From: Oligoflexales bacterium
Lineage (GTDB): Bacteria; Bdellovibrionota_B; Oligoflexia; Oligoflexales; Bog-1112
Assembly: GCA_045106415.1 (NCBI GenBank)
Contig: JBGCEP010000088.1
Span: 1 to 34,426, forward strand
Direction: 5' to 3'
Length of the DNA: 34,426 bases
In this document: piece by piece, positions 17,826-28,018 of the stretch
How the letters are laid out: every line of letters begins with the position of its first letter
How positions within the stretch are numbered: position 1 is the first letter of the stretch
Notes under the pieces: generated by a model
Told to the model about the DNA's origin: nothing
Databases searched by the model: none
What the model saw: only the letters and a program-made list of their open reading frames with translations
Program-made: the position numbers and the translations under genes

Positions 17826-18548
17826 CTATCGCATGTGACGACAACACTGTTCAAGCCAACCATGCTTACTTGCAGCTTTGTAAGAATTTGGGTCTGCTTT
17901 TAGCCATGATTTTCGTGTTCGATAACGCTTAGCGTCTTTGATACACTGCTCCAAAGTCCGCTTTTTACGTAAAACACTCATATGTCGGCAGCAATCATCC
18001 AACCAGCCATTTCTTTGACTCGCAGAATAAACATTCGGACTTTTTCTTTGCCATTCGCCACGAGATCTATAGTTTACAGCGTCGTTACGACACTCATCCA
18101 AAGTCCAGCGCATTGACACCATGTGAAAACAACAGTTATCCAACCATCCATGTTTCTGAGCTGCACCGTAACTTCTAGGACTACGGCGACTCCACTCAGT
18201 ACGTGTTTGATAACGACGAGCTTCTTTATGACACTCGTCTTGACTCCAAGTCTTATTCACAATCTTCATATGGTGAACACACTCATCAAACCAACCCTTG
18301 ACGCGAGCGGTCTCGTAAGCACCCCCACTATTTCGACGCCACTCGCTACGAGTCTTGTATTGACGAGCATTCGCAGCGCAACTTTGTCTTGTCCACTTCA
18401 CAGGACTTTTCATATGATGGCAGCATTCTTCCAACCATCCATTCCCTCGAGCAGAGTGATAACCAGAACTGCTTCTAGCCCATTCACTACGAGTCTTAAA
18501 CTTCTTTGAGTCAGCCATACAGGCTTCAATTGTCCAAACCTTTCTCAC
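17826..18548 (-). CDS. Tandem-repeat protein (five ~48-aa repeats), putative nucleic-acid/metal-binding
   Basis: Consensus WT.E.C..(D/E/N)A..Y.TR.EW.R.S...Y..A...GWL(D/E).CC.HM repeated five times; GAGGT RBS before GTG start. Confidence 0.85.
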   Translation of the reverse strand: MRKVWTIEACMADSKKFKTRSEWARSSSGYHSARGNGWLEECCHHMKSPVKWTRQSCAANARQYKTRSEWRRNSGGAYETARVKGWFDECVHHMKIVNKTWSQDECHKEARRYQTRTEWSRRSPRSYGAAQKHGWLDNCCFHMVSMRWTLDECRNDAVNYRSRGEWQRKSPNVYSASQRNGWLDDCCRHMSVLRKKRTLEQCIKDAKRYRTRKSWLKADPNSYKAASKHGWLEQCCRHMR

Positions 18549-18753
18549 CGAGAAACCTCATCAAAACGCAACAGTAACTTGACTAAACCGTGCATGATCA
18601 TACAGCCCTTGCACTACGTGTAGCCATCAAATACAACGTTAACGACTTGAGATGCAAGTCCAAACTGTCATTTAAATCTTCTTTAAAAAACTTGTGGACC
18701 TGAGTCGTGAAATTATATAAGAAGAAATTTTACTCAAGGTTTTTTTCTCCTAA

Positions 18754-19845
18754 TTAGGGTTCATTAGAATACAACAACCTTATAAGTATAGAGAGGTTAA
18801 AGTGCATCCGGTTCAGTCTCGTATAGCTACCATGACCAAAAACCGTCAGAGGAGAAAAAGGAAAAAAAGTTCGATCCTTGTAGTCAACAAGAACAACTTT
18901 GCCTGTTTGAGGCCTTTTTCTTACTTTTAGAATAGAAATAAAAAAAGATTTCCAACACAACCCCACACCCAGTTGTGTGTCTAGCCAAAGATTTTTTTTT
19001 CTGTCCTCTGCTGTTCTTGCCCTTCCATCAGACCCGCTCCCTCCTATATGTTGAATCAGGTCTCCATACAACGCCCATGGAAGGCCAGGACCCCAAGCTG
19101 GATAGAAAAAATGCCCTCTATGATTAATAAAGTGAACGATTCTTTGATTTTCTACAGAAGCAAAATCATACCGAACCGGCATACCTAAAGTAATCATGTC
19201 AAAAGAACTTTTCTCTAACCTCAAGACCCTAGCATGGAGTTTACGATACTGCGTTGGCGTTAGAACCGATTGAAGAAGATCCCAATAACTGCCCTTTGTA
19301 TTCACCCTAAGCTGCGTGAGAAGAGCGAATAATTGTCCAGCATGGCTATGGCCAATCAAGACAATGTGTTGCTCCGGGTAAGCCGACAGAAGCCTTACCA
19401 ACTTCAACAACCCTCGGATTCTTGCCATATGATGATTCCCAGAGCACCAAGTCAAACGGTCCGCAGTGATTCCTGACGAATTTTGAAAAGCTCGGACATA
19501 AGTTTTTGTAAAATTCCCAGAGTCACGCATCAGCCCATCATGATAGCTTTTTACAAAGTATCGCCACCACTTCCAGCTCAGGCTTGGCGTAAGCATTTTA
19601 GCAAGATGAAGATAATCAAATGGATCATCTCCAACAAAAGTTCCATGAACAAAAACTACTCTTTGAACACCTTGTTTTTTAAGATAGCCTCCCCAAGAAG
19701 CCATATCTGCGTACCAAGCATCACTGTAGACAGGAGGGCCTTTTTTCCACTGAAGGCTTTTCATAAAAACAGGATACGCCTGACTTTTTACTACGAACCA
19801 CCATAAAAAAAGATAAACAAGCACCAACCCTGCGCACAACAGCAT
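18754..19845 (-). CDS. Membrane-anchored alpha/beta-hydrolase-like protein
   Basis: N-terminal TM segment; FVHGT oxyanion-like motif; nucleophile elbow IGHSHAG; late GHGSY. Confidence 0.7.
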   Translation of the reverse strand: MLLCAGLVLVYLFLWWFVVKSQAYPVFMKSLQWKKGPPVYSDAWYADMASWGGYLKKQGVQRVVFVHGTFVGDDPFDYLHLAKMLTPSLSWKWWRYFVKSYHDGLMRDSGNFTKTYVRAFQNSSGITADRLTWCSGNHHMARIRGLLKLVRLLSAYPEQHIVLIGHSHAGQLFALLTQLRVNTKGSYWDLLQSVLTPTQYRKLHARVLRLEKSSFDMITLGMPVRYDFASVENQRIVHFINHRGHFFYPAWGPGLPWALYGDLIQHIGGSGSDGRARTAEDRKKNLWLDTQLGVGLCWKSFFISILKVRKRPQTGKVVLVDYKDRTFFPFSPLTVFGHGSYTRLNRMHFNLSILIRLLYSNEP

Positions 19846-19862
19846 AGTCTCACCTTATCAAT

Positions 19863-21386
19863 TCAGTGTTTCTCAAAAAGTTGAATCCATCTTGACGAGA
19901 TATTTTCTTCTTTTTCAGAAAGCGCCCATATGAGCCATTTTTGTCCAATAACCATATCGGTCGCTTGGCTATAATATACCTTACGATTAGCGTTATTTTT
20001 TAAAAAATCAAACTTTACATATTTAGGCTGGCAGCTTACACCATCTTGTGAGAGGCACGCATAGACTGAATGAGCACTTGAAGAAACCGAAACAAGAAAA
20101 GCTTCTGATGTTGCTGCAAAAAAAAGATCTTTTGAAAGACTCACAGGTGGTGTCAAAACAATCCCAGCATAGTGAGACCCAGTCGCCAAAGCCAGCTGAG
20201 CATAACGAGAACTTATTTGAGGATTCAACATCTTCTCTGATGTATCATCCTCTGAGTGCCAGCCAGGGTTAAAGTCTACAGGGTTTTCAAAAGGAAAAGC
20301 AACCGGATAGCCTCTAGAAGACCATGACTTATGATCTGATGTTCCAGCGCTCAACTTTGCAAACTCATATTCAGCAATATGATAACGGCTCAATAACTTT
20401 CCTAAGCCTCGAGTCAAAGAATCATCCGTATCTGTTTCAATTAAAAAAATCTTTGCATCCGGCGACCAAGCAAGCATATCAAACTGAACCATACCCAAAA
20501 CATCCGTTCCTTTTTGCGCATATTCTTGAGCAATCTGAGAACTTCCAACTAATCCTATTTCTTCAGCAGCATAAAAATGCCACTCTATAGTTTTATGAAA
20601 CTGAACTTTTTTTTCCAAAATCACACGGATCATTTCAATTAAAACAGCAACGCCACTTGCGTCGTCATCAGCACCTGGAGCTGAACCTCCATGGCTATTA
20701 ATACTATCGATATGTGACCCAAAAATCATACTTTGATCAGGACTGGTAACTCCTCGTATTTTCACAATAACGCTTTTCTGATCTGTATACTTATGTTGCA
20801 CCAAACGAACCTCAATGTCGTCATCTAAGGATCGAATACGATCATAGATCAATTGAGGCGTAGCAAGACCATTTTCCGAGGTATGAAAACGCGTTGATAA
20901 TCTCTCGAGCACAGAAATAGTGTCTACAATTTTTGAGTAATCAACCGATTTTAAAAGAGTAGCTAGGCCAGGTAAGTTATGTTCTAAGGAATACAGCTCT
21001 TGCGCAACAGCTCCAGAGTGCTCAAACCCACCATCTAACAATTGGAGGTGGCCACAGCCTTTTCCACCATGCTGAAGAGCAAGAGCATCTCGCTCAGAAG
21101 GGCTTAGCAATAAAAAATGGAACTGCGTCTCGAGCTCATCATATAAGCTAAAAAGGCTATCTTCTCTTTCGCTTCTTTGTTCTGAACGCACGATATAAAT
21201 CATTTTTTCCGTGTCTGCATGCAACATTGTCTTCGGAGAAGAATAATAAATCGTATGGCCATTCAAAACAGTAGCAATTCCGTGGCCTTGATCAACACTT
21301 GAAAAAGAACTTATCTTCGAAAAAGACAGAGAAGAAGACCCTAACAAGACAAGAAAAAAAAACAAAAAAATGAAACATTTCATCAA
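19863..21386 (-). CDS. Secreted M28-family (leucyl) aminopeptidase
   Basis: Signal peptide; propeptide with GCG; GSHIDS, GADDDASG, AAEEIGLVGS, FDM, SDH and WHS ligands; extra C-terminal domain. Confidence 0.92.
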   Translation of the reverse strand: MMKCFIFLFFFLVLLGSSSLSFSKISSFSSVDQGHGIATVLNGHTIYYSSPKTMLHADTEKMIYIVRSEQRSEREDSLFSLYDELETQFHFLLLSPSERDALALQHGGKGCGHLQLLDGGFEHSGAVAQELYSLEHNLPGLATLLKSVDYSKIVDTISVLERLSTRFHTSENGLATPQLIYDRIRSLDDDIEVRLVQHKYTDQKSVIVKIRGVTSPDQSMIFGSHIDSINSHGGSAPGADDDASGVAVLIEMIRVILEKKVQFHKTIEWHFYAAEEIGLVGSSQIAQEYAQKGTDVLGMVQFDMLAWSPDAKIFLIETDTDDSLTRGLGKLLSRYHIAEYEFAKLSAGTSDHKSWSSRGYPVAFPFENPVDFNPGWHSEDDTSEKMLNPQISSRYAQLALATGSHYAGIVLTPPVSLSKDLFFAATSEAFLVSVSSSAHSVYACLSQDGVSCQPKYVKFDFLKNNANRKVYYSQATDMVIGQKWLIWALSEKEENISSRWIQLFEKH

Positions 21387-21629
21387 TTTTCACCTATGTC
21401 TTCAAATTTAAAAATAGACTCATTCCAGTCTTCGAGTCCATGCCAATTATCAGGATAGTGTTTCAAAATTTGATTTTCCGAGTCTTGTTGATCTTTTTCA
21501 CACGCCAAAGCTATAAGCAAAAAAAAAGAATTTTCATCTTCATTCTTAAACTCCAGTTTCTAGAAGACTCAGACTATGGTATCACAGAGCTGTCTGTGCA
21601 TATATGAACCAAGACACAAAGGATCTCTT

Positions 21630-23426
21630 ATGGCTCACCAGTCCTTTCCGTACCGTTTTTTTAAAAAAACGCTCAAAATGATCCGCTATTCGATCATGAC
21701 ACTCGGTTTTTGCTGTCTTTTCCTCATGTTTGGTCTTTTCAAACTAGCCAGTACTGGTTTTGAAAACCCACCTGCAACACCACCAGATCATATGATATTA
21801 AAACTAAAAATTTCAGGCCCTGTTCTCGCATCACAGCAACAAGGTTTTTTTGATACTTTTCTTCATATGAACCCATCTAAGAATCTTTGGATACCAAAAC
21901 TTAGAAGTCAAATTCTACAGGTCATCAACGACGAACAGGTCAAAGGTCTTTTCATCACTCTTGAAAACGTTCAAGGATCTTTCGCGCAAATGGAAGAGAT
22001 TCACAATCTTCTACGCATGGTGAAAGACGCAGGTAAACCTGTCCACATCTGGTCAGCAACATTTGACACAAAGTCTTATCTACTCGCTTCCGCAACATCA
22101 CATATTATTATGCCTTTTATCGGCCAAATTCAGCTTACCGATCCTGCTATTCAACTCACATACTTCGGCTCTGCTTTGAAAAAAATAGGGATTGGCATCA
22201 ATGTCGTACGAGCTGGACAATACAAATCTGCATTCGAAGCATGGACACATGATAAACCAAGCACTGAAAGCCGCACAGCCTACCAGGCCCTTGAAAAATC
22301 CATTCGAATTGCTTTGATTAATCTCACTGCTCAAGGACGAGAAAAACCTATTCCTACGGTACAAACCTGGTTCTCAGAGTCTCTTTACACAGCAGAGGAA
22401 GCGCAGGCACAAAGCATTGTCGACCAACTCAATTATGAAGAAGCATCTCTTACGTCTATGGAGGAAGCCTATCAGGCAGAACGCTATTCATGGCACGACT
22501 ACCACCGCACAGAAAATACTTTAACATCACTAGCGAGCTCCACGGCAACAAGCGCACCAGGAATTGCATGGATTGAAGCTGTCGGACCTATTTCTATGAC
22601 AGCTTCTGGCCAGCAAGGATCAAACATCACTCCAAAAATGAAACAAGAGCTCGACTGGGCCCGCAACGACGAAAGTATCAAAGCTGTTGTCCTACGAATA
22701 GATAGCCCTGGAGGGTCTGCTATTGCAAGTGAATTGATTTGGAAATCCATTGAAGAACTCAACCAAATTAAACCCGTGGTTATAAGCATGGGTGGGGTCG
22801 CTGCCTCTGGGGGTTACTACCTTTCAGCACCAGCTAGCAAAATTTTCGCCTCCGCCACAACAATCACAGGATCCATTGGCGTCATAGGAATGATTCCATG
22901 GCTTCAAGACTCAAAGCAGCATTATGGGATTTCTTTCCACACCATCACAAGTGGAAAAAGAGAAAGCCTCCTCAACCCAGGGCAAACTCTTTCTCGTGCA
23001 GACCGAGAAAAAATTCAAGCCAGCGTCACAAGCACCTATGACTTGTTTCTAGATCGTGTTTCTGCAGGGAGATCGATGGACAAAACAAAAGCCCACAACT
23101 TAGCTCAAGGACGAGTGTGGACAGGCTCACAAGCTTTAGAACACGGACTTATCGATCATATTGGCGGTACACACGAAGCACTTATCGAAGCCAAAATCCT
23201 TGCTCAGTGGCAAGCTGATGACAAAGTTCCTTTACGCCGCTGGAGTCCAAATTTTCAAAACCTCAGCGACTGCCTAAATGAAGCCTCCAATCCCATGCAG
23301 TGCTTTCCTCTAAACAACAGCCCTTCTCAGACCTCACTTTTTGAGCATATTCAAAATTCTATAGAGTGGTTCGAGAAAATTCAAAAAGAACACCTACAAG
23401 CAAGACTCCCTTTTCTTTACCTTTAA
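21630..23426 (+). CDS. sppA: Signal peptide peptidase SppA (67K type)
   Basis: Two S49 domains: GQYKSA, RIDSPGGS, AASGGY, TGSIGV, GRVWTG; AAGGA RBS before ATG 21630. Confidence 0.95.
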   Translation: MAHQSFPYRFFKKTLKMIRYSIMTLGFCCLFLMFGLFKLASTGFENPPATPPDHMILKLKISGPVLASQQQGFFDTFLHMNPSKNLWIPKLRSQILQVINDEQVKGLFITLENVQGSFAQMEEIHNLLRMVKDAGKPVHIWSATFDTKSYLLASATSHIIMPFIGQIQLTDPAIQLTYFGSALKKIGIGINVVRAGQYKSAFEAWTHDKPSTESRTAYQALEKSIRIALINLTAQGREKPIPTVQTWFSESLYTAEEAQAQSIVDQLNYEEASLTSMEEAYQAERYSWHDYHRTENTLTSLASSTATSAPGIAWIEAVGPISMTASGQQGSNITPKMKQELDWARNDESIKAVVLRIDSPGGSAIASELIWKSIEELNQIKPVVISMGGVAASGGYYLSAPASKIFASATTITGSIGVIGMIPWLQDSKQHYGISFHTITSGKRESLLNPGQTLSRADREKIQASVTSTYDLFLDRVSAGRSMDKTKAHNLAQGRVWTGSQALEHGLIDHIGGTHEALIEAKILAQWQADDKVPLRRWSPNFQNLSDCLNEASNPMQCFPLNNSPSQTSLFEHIQNSIEWFEKIQKEHLQARLPFLYL

Positions 23427-23433
23427 ACAAAGC

Positions 23434-23460
23434 TTCTGGCCTTCTTTAATAAGGTCAGAA
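23434..23460 (+). terminator. Hairpin after sppA, possible terminator
   Basis: TTCTGGCCTT-7 nt-AAGGTCAGAA (one G-U pair); weak U tail. Confidence 0.45.
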
Positions 23461-23560
23461 ATTTAAAACCCACCGCTTCCACTATTTCTATGAAAATCAT
23501 TTGATCTCTCTGCCATTAAAATATATGTTGCGGTCGGCTAAAAAACGAACGAGGAAATCA

Positions 23561-24661
23561 ATGCTGATTCAAAAAAAAATTATATTTTTAATCACTTATC
23601 TCTTTCTCAGTTTTACACAACCACTCCTGTCATCCCCTCCGATCACTTGCTGCAGCTATCAGCAATGGCCAGAATGCTTATTCCGTACCCTACGGTGCAC
23701 AAAAAAAGACATCAAACGTGCTCACCAGCACTTAGGGCACCAGCTTCAGTTAGTTCAAGGGAGGTTTTGCCCCGAGCAAACCGACCATACTCTGACATGG
23801 GCTGATTTTTTAAGACACTCAGAAAATACTTATTTGCTTTCTAGCCCGACAGTTAAGCAGTGGTGTGAGTGGGTCTCTCACATTAAATACTCAACATATT
23901 TGGGCACCTTTCTAAAGAGCCCTGGAGCTCTTCAATTTTTCACACAACTTACACCTGAACAATCACAAAGAACCTCTAATTGGTTAAGAAATGAGATCCT
24001 TCAATATATGAATGATTCTCTGATGAAAAATCAATGGGAACCCCTACAAATTTGGTCGTTACAGTACAGCCTAGAACATCAGGTTTGTAAACACATTGAA
24101 TGCCCTTGGCTTGATAGATCTCATCACAAAAACCAAGAACTTTTTCACTCTCTTCCATCATCTATACGTTCTCAAATCACATCTTCTGGCGAACTTCTTT
24201 CTTTTATCAACATGATTCCTCAACATTGGCTTGAAACCATAAAAGAAGAAAACTATGAAAATTTATTTCTGACCTTTCAACTCATCAAGCTACAGATGTT
24301 AGACTTAAAACATAAAAATCTTCCAACTCTAAAGGGATCTCTACCGAAATGGATAAAATCTCGCCCTCACTTTATCAAGGCAGTAACCCCCTCAGTTAAG
24401 TCACAAAAGGAACAAGACTCGACATGGGCTGTTTGGTGGAACGGTGAAATTGTTCATGCTATTAAGAAAAACCATGGCCTTCAAAGACTTTTTAGAAAAC
24501 ACCAGCAAAAAAACAAAGACAACGATATACAACATTCAACCGAGAGCGCTCACAAAATAGCCTGCAGAGTTCTCTTTGTTCCCCTGACATCATGGTCTGA
24601 CAAGATGACAATGCTCATCCAAGTCGATCCTGATGCTCTTCCCGAGTCTATCGAAAAGTGA
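23561..24661 (+). CDS. Secreted hypothetical protein
   Basis: GAGGA RBS before ATG 23561; signal-peptide-like N-terminus; Cys cluster near the N-terminus; no recognisable family. Confidence 0.65.
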   Translation: MLIQKKIIFLITYLFLSFTQPLLSSPPITCCSYQQWPECLFRTLRCTKKDIKRAHQHLGHQLQLVQGRFCPEQTDHTLTWADFLRHSENTYLLSSPTVKQWCEWVSHIKYSTYLGTFLKSPGALQFFTQLTPEQSQRTSNWLRNEILQYMNDSLMKNQWEPLQIWSLQYSLEHQVCKHIECPWLDRSHHKNQELFHSLPSSIRSQITSSGELLSFINMIPQHWLETIKEENYENLFLTFQLIKLQMLDLKHKNLPTLKGSLPKWIKSRPHFIKAVTPSVKSQKEQDSTWAVWWNGEIVHAIKKNHGLQRLFRKHQQKNKDNDIQHSTESAHKIACRVLFVPLTSWSDKMTMLIQVDPDALPESIEK

Positions 24662-24683
24662 ATCTCTTTCATCTACTTCTTCC

Positions 24684-24721
24684 TAGCTGAGATTAAACAT
24701 TTCTAGATATAATCTCAGCTA
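24684..24721. repeat. Perfect 12-bp inverted repeat (terminator-like or operator)
   Basis: TAGCTGAGATTA-14 nt-TAATCTCAGCTA. Confidence 0.7.
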
Positions 24722-24844
24722 TTCGTGCACAAAAATCCTTGGGCACTCTAGGTCATCTGTGGTGATTTCATCGTAAACAAGACTCAAGGTTTTCAATGCT
24801 ACACCTAGGTCTATGATAATGCCCATGCTTCAACAGGAGTCCTT

Positions 24845-25516
24845 ATGAAAGTTGCAATCTTTGGTTACACAGGACTTGTTGGTAAATCTGCCACAAACGA
24901 ACTCATTCAAGCACCTTGGTGCCAAAAAATCATCGCTATAGGCCGCAATCCTCCCAAGACAAACCACCAGAAAATTGACTATTCACCAACACATTTTGAG
25001 GCTTCTCATAGTTTCTGGCCTCATGACCTTCAGTGTGACGCTGTCATTTGGTGTTTAGGTTCCACTTTAAAAAAATCTGGATCAAAGAAATCTTTCTATC
25101 ATATTGATTTTAAATTAGCGTCTACAGTTGCAAAAAAAGCCAAAGCATCAGGAGTTCAACACTGGGTTTTAATTTCTTCTGCTGGAGCACATCCTCAGTC
25201 TTATTTTTTTTACAACAGAGTCAAAGGGGAGCTTGAAAATTTTTGTTTAAAACTTAATTTCCCCAAAACAACAATTCTTAGACCAGGTCTTTTAATTGGC
25301 AGCAGAGAAGAATCAAGGCCTTTAGAATCATTTTCACAAAAATTATTACAACCTCTTGCTTCCTCACAAACAAGATGGTTTGATACTGTAAAACCTGTTT
25401 ATGCGCATTCCGTAGCAAGAACAGCTGTTCAGGCTTTAAAACAACAAAAAAGTCCGATCAAAATCACTCATTCAGGTGAAATCACACGGATCACACATCA
25501 CTCGGAGTCTTTATGA
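24845..25516 (+). CDS. NAD(P)H-binding oxidoreductase (YraR/TIP30-CC3-like atypical SDR)
   Basis: GYTGLVG Rossmann motif, CLGST, ISSAGA, YNRVKGE, RPGLL; AGGAG RBS. Confidence 0.9.
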   Translation: MKVAIFGYTGLVGKSATNELIQAPWCQKIIAIGRNPPKTNHQKIDYSPTHFEASHSFWPHDLQCDAVIWCLGSTLKKSGSKKSFYHIDFKLASTVAKKAKASGVQHWVLISSAGAHPQSYFFYNRVKGELENFCLKLNFPKTTILRPGLLIGSREESRPLESFSQKLLQPLASSQTRWFDTVKPVYAHSVARTAVQALKQQKSPIKITHSGEITRITHHSESL

Positions 25517-25833
25517 AAAGCGTCGAAGAAATCAGCGTTCAAGATTATTCTAAACAGCTTCAAGAAGGGACAGCTGATCAGCTTCTTGACGTAAGAACTC
25601 TCGATGAATTCCGTCACGCAAACATTGGAGGAACTCACATTCCTCTACAAGAGCTTCAAGATCGACACACAGAGCTTCCGAAAGAGACGCCTCTTACAAT
25701 TATGTGTCACCATGGGAGGCGAAGTGAGCAGGCTTGTTTTTTACTGCAAGACCTGGGCTACACCGTTCGCAATTTGATAGGTGGTATTGATGCATGGTCA
25801 TGTCATATTGACAACAGTATTTCTCGTTACTAA
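25513..25833 (+). CDS. Rhodanese-like domain protein
   Basis: LLDVR..E, CHHGRRS active loop, NLIGGIDAW; ATGA overlap with the upstream gene. Confidence 0.93.
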   Translation: MKSVEEISVQDYSKQLQEGTADQLLDVRTLDEFRHANIGGTHIPLQELQDRHTELPKETPLTIMCHHGRRSEQACFLLQDLGYTVRNLIGGIDAWSCHIDNSISRY

Positions 25834-25840
25834 AAGACAC

Positions 25841-25871
25841 TCATGACTGATCCTTTGGCGACAAGTCATGA
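25841..25871. repeat. Inverted repeat between the rhodanese gene and hflK
   Basis: TCATGACT-15 nt-AGTCATGA. Confidence 0.4.
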
Positions 25872-25948
25872 ATAAAATCATATGCTAGTGGTTTGTTATC
25901 TAGACAGTTCTCACCACAAAGCTCAACAAGCCTTAGAGGAAAAAACGC

Positions 25949-27037
25949 ATGAGTCAGAAATCTCTACAAGATCTTATGAACGATTTAAACAATATGCTCG
26001 GAGAGCAAAAATCAGAAAAATCCAATGGTTCTGGTGGTCAGCACCCCCCACGAAAAGCTGGGAACAGTGGAGGAGGTGATGGCAGTGGCGGGTTTGACGG
26101 TGGTGACGATTTATTAAAATGGATTGGATCTTCAGGGTGGTTGATTCTTTTTATTCTGATTTCATGGGGTGTCAACAGCTCTTTTTATCAAGTTGAAGCC
26201 GAGGAACAAGGGGTTGTGACTCGTTTTGGGAAGTATCTCACGACAACTGCTCCTGGCTTAAATTTCAAAATCCCATTTGGCATTGACAAAGTCTACAAAG
26301 TTTCTGTCACTCGACAGCATTCGGAAGAATTTGGCCACCGGACCCAATCACAAAGTCGGCACGATTTACAGCAAGCCAGAGATGAAGGACTCATGCTGAC
26401 TGGTGATTTAAATATCGCACAAGTGGAATGGCACCTTCTCTACATTATTCATGACCCTAAAAAATTCTTATTCCATGCCACTGATGTCCGGCGTAACCTA
26501 AGAGACACCTCTATCTCTGTGATGAGGCGTGTTGTCGGTGATCGATATGTCAGCGACATTCTCACAACAGAACGGGCGACAATCGCAAAAGAAGCTCTCG
26601 AGTTGACTCAAGAGACTTTGAATATTTATGACATGGGGCTTACCATTACTCAGCTCTTTTTTGTGAATGTCACCCCTCCTGAAAAAGTTCAACCTGCATT
26701 CCATGAAGTCAACACAGCAAAACAAGAAAAAGAAGAAACTATTAACAAAGCCGAAAGTGAATACAACAGACAAGTTCCAGCTGCTCAAGGTGCTGCTGAC
26801 AAAATCGTTGCCGAAGCGGAAGGCTATGCTATCAACCTCACCAATACAGCAAAAGGTGATGCACAAAAATTCGCAAGTGTTCTCAAGGCTTACAAACTCG
26901 CACCCGTCATAACAAAAAAACGTATGTATCTTGAAGCTATGGAGGAAATCTTTTCATCAAACGATAAGATTCGTATCGTTGACACGAAAGTCAAAGGTGT
27001 TCTTCCCGTTTTTGGTGAAAACATACAAAAAAAATAA
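25949..27037 (+). CDS. hflK: FtsH protease modulator HflK
   Basis: Gly-rich N-terminus, TM segment, SPFH domain (VVTRFGK, MLTGDLN, PPEKVQPAF, RMYLE). Confidence 0.95.
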   Translation: MSQKSLQDLMNDLNNMLGEQKSEKSNGSGGQHPPRKAGNSGGGDGSGGFDGGDDLLKWIGSSGWLILFILISWGVNSSFYQVEAEEQGVVTRFGKYLTTTAPGLNFKIPFGIDKVYKVSVTRQHSEEFGHRTQSQSRHDLQQARDEGLMLTGDLNIAQVEWHLLYIIHDPKKFLFHATDVRRNLRDTSISVMRRVVGDRYVSDILTTERATIAKEALELTQETLNIYDMGLTITQLFFVNVTPPEKVQPAFHEVNTAKQEKEETINKAESEYNRQVPAAQGAADKIVAEAEGYAINLTNTAKGDAQKFASVLKAYKLAPVITKKRMYLEAMEEIFSSNDKIRIVDTKVKGVLPVFGENIQKK

Positions 27038-27070
27038 ACTTAAACTCTTAAGACACACAAAGGATTTATT

Positions 27071-28018
27071 ATGAAGATATTTTTATCGACTGTTACGTTA
27101 GCCACAATCTTTTTACTTTTTTCTTCTACTTATATCGTTGAAGAAGGCCAACAAGCTCTTGTTGTTCAATTTAAAGATATTCATGGAGAAGCCATCACTG
27201 AGCCAGGCCTCCGGTTTAAGATCCCTTTTATACAGAGTGTTATTTATCTAGAAAAGCGCATCCAACAAATCGATAGCAACCCTGAGGATGTTCCAACACG
27301 TGATAAGAAATTCGTCCACGTTGCAACCACAGCTCGTTGGAAAATTAAAGACCCTGCTAAATTTTATCGTGCTATTAAAAATCTAGCTACAGCTCGTCTG
27401 CGCATGAAAACGATTCTTGAAGGAACAACAAAAGAAACGATTTCCAGCTACAATCTTATTGAAACCGTGCGAAACTCAAATGCAATTTTAGAACAGCACA
27501 CAACTTCTGCTACTCAAGCCCGGCCGAATCGAGATGAAAATATTAGCGGACAAATTGAAACCGTTCAAATTGGTCGTGAAAAATTAGCAAATATTATTGC
27601 TGACCACACAAGCCAAAAACTCGAAGATTTTGGCATAGAGCTCATTGATGTTCAAATTCGAAGTATTGCTCTCAAAAAGGTCGTTGAAGAAAAAGTCTAC
27701 TCAAGGATGATTTCAGAACGCCAAAGAATCGCCTCTGAAATTCGATCCTATGGAAAAGCTGAAGAAGCTAGAATTTTAGGTCGATTAGAGCTCTCCTTAA
27801 AAAGAGTCAATTCTGAAGCCTACAGAAAGAGCCAAGAAATTCGTGGCCGAGCAGAAGCAGAAGCGATTGAAACCTATGCCTCAGCTCTCTCAAAGGACCC
27901 TGATTATTTTGAATTTAAAAGGTCTCTAGAAGTGTATCGAAAAACTCTCACAAAAAATGGTGAGTTTATCCTATCAACAGATACACCGTTTCTTAAATAT
28001 CTAAAACAAGCACCATAA
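27071..28018 (+). CDS. hflC: FtsH protease modulator HflC
   Basis: N-terminal TM segment, PGLRFKIPF, TRDKK, RMISER, AEAIETYA...DPDYFEFKRSL. Confidence 0.95.
   Translation: MKIFLSTVTLATIFLLFSSTYIVEEGQQALVVQFKDIHGEAITEPGLRFKIPFIQSVIYLEKRIQQIDSNPEDVPTRDKKFVHVATTARWKIKDPAKFYRAIKNLATARLRMKTILEGTTKETISSYNLIETVRNSNAILEQHTTSATQARPNRDENISGQIETVQIGREKLANIIADHTSQKLEDFGIELIDVQIRSIALKKVVEEKVYSRMISERQRIASEIRSYGKAEEARILGRLELSLKRVNSEAYRKSQEIRGRAEAEAIETYASALSKDPDYFEFKRSLEVYRKTLTKNGEFILSTDTPFLKYLKQAP

Noticed and set aside
17826..18548. Periodic DNA pattern as a CRISPR or ncRNA array
   Set aside because: The periodicity is at the protein level (~48 codons) with diverged codons inside one open frame.
26020..26110. 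Gly-rich low-complexity repeat and overlapping 65-aa ORF at hflK
   Set aside because: Normal HflK N-terminal region; the 25882-26079 ORF is an alternative-frame shadow.
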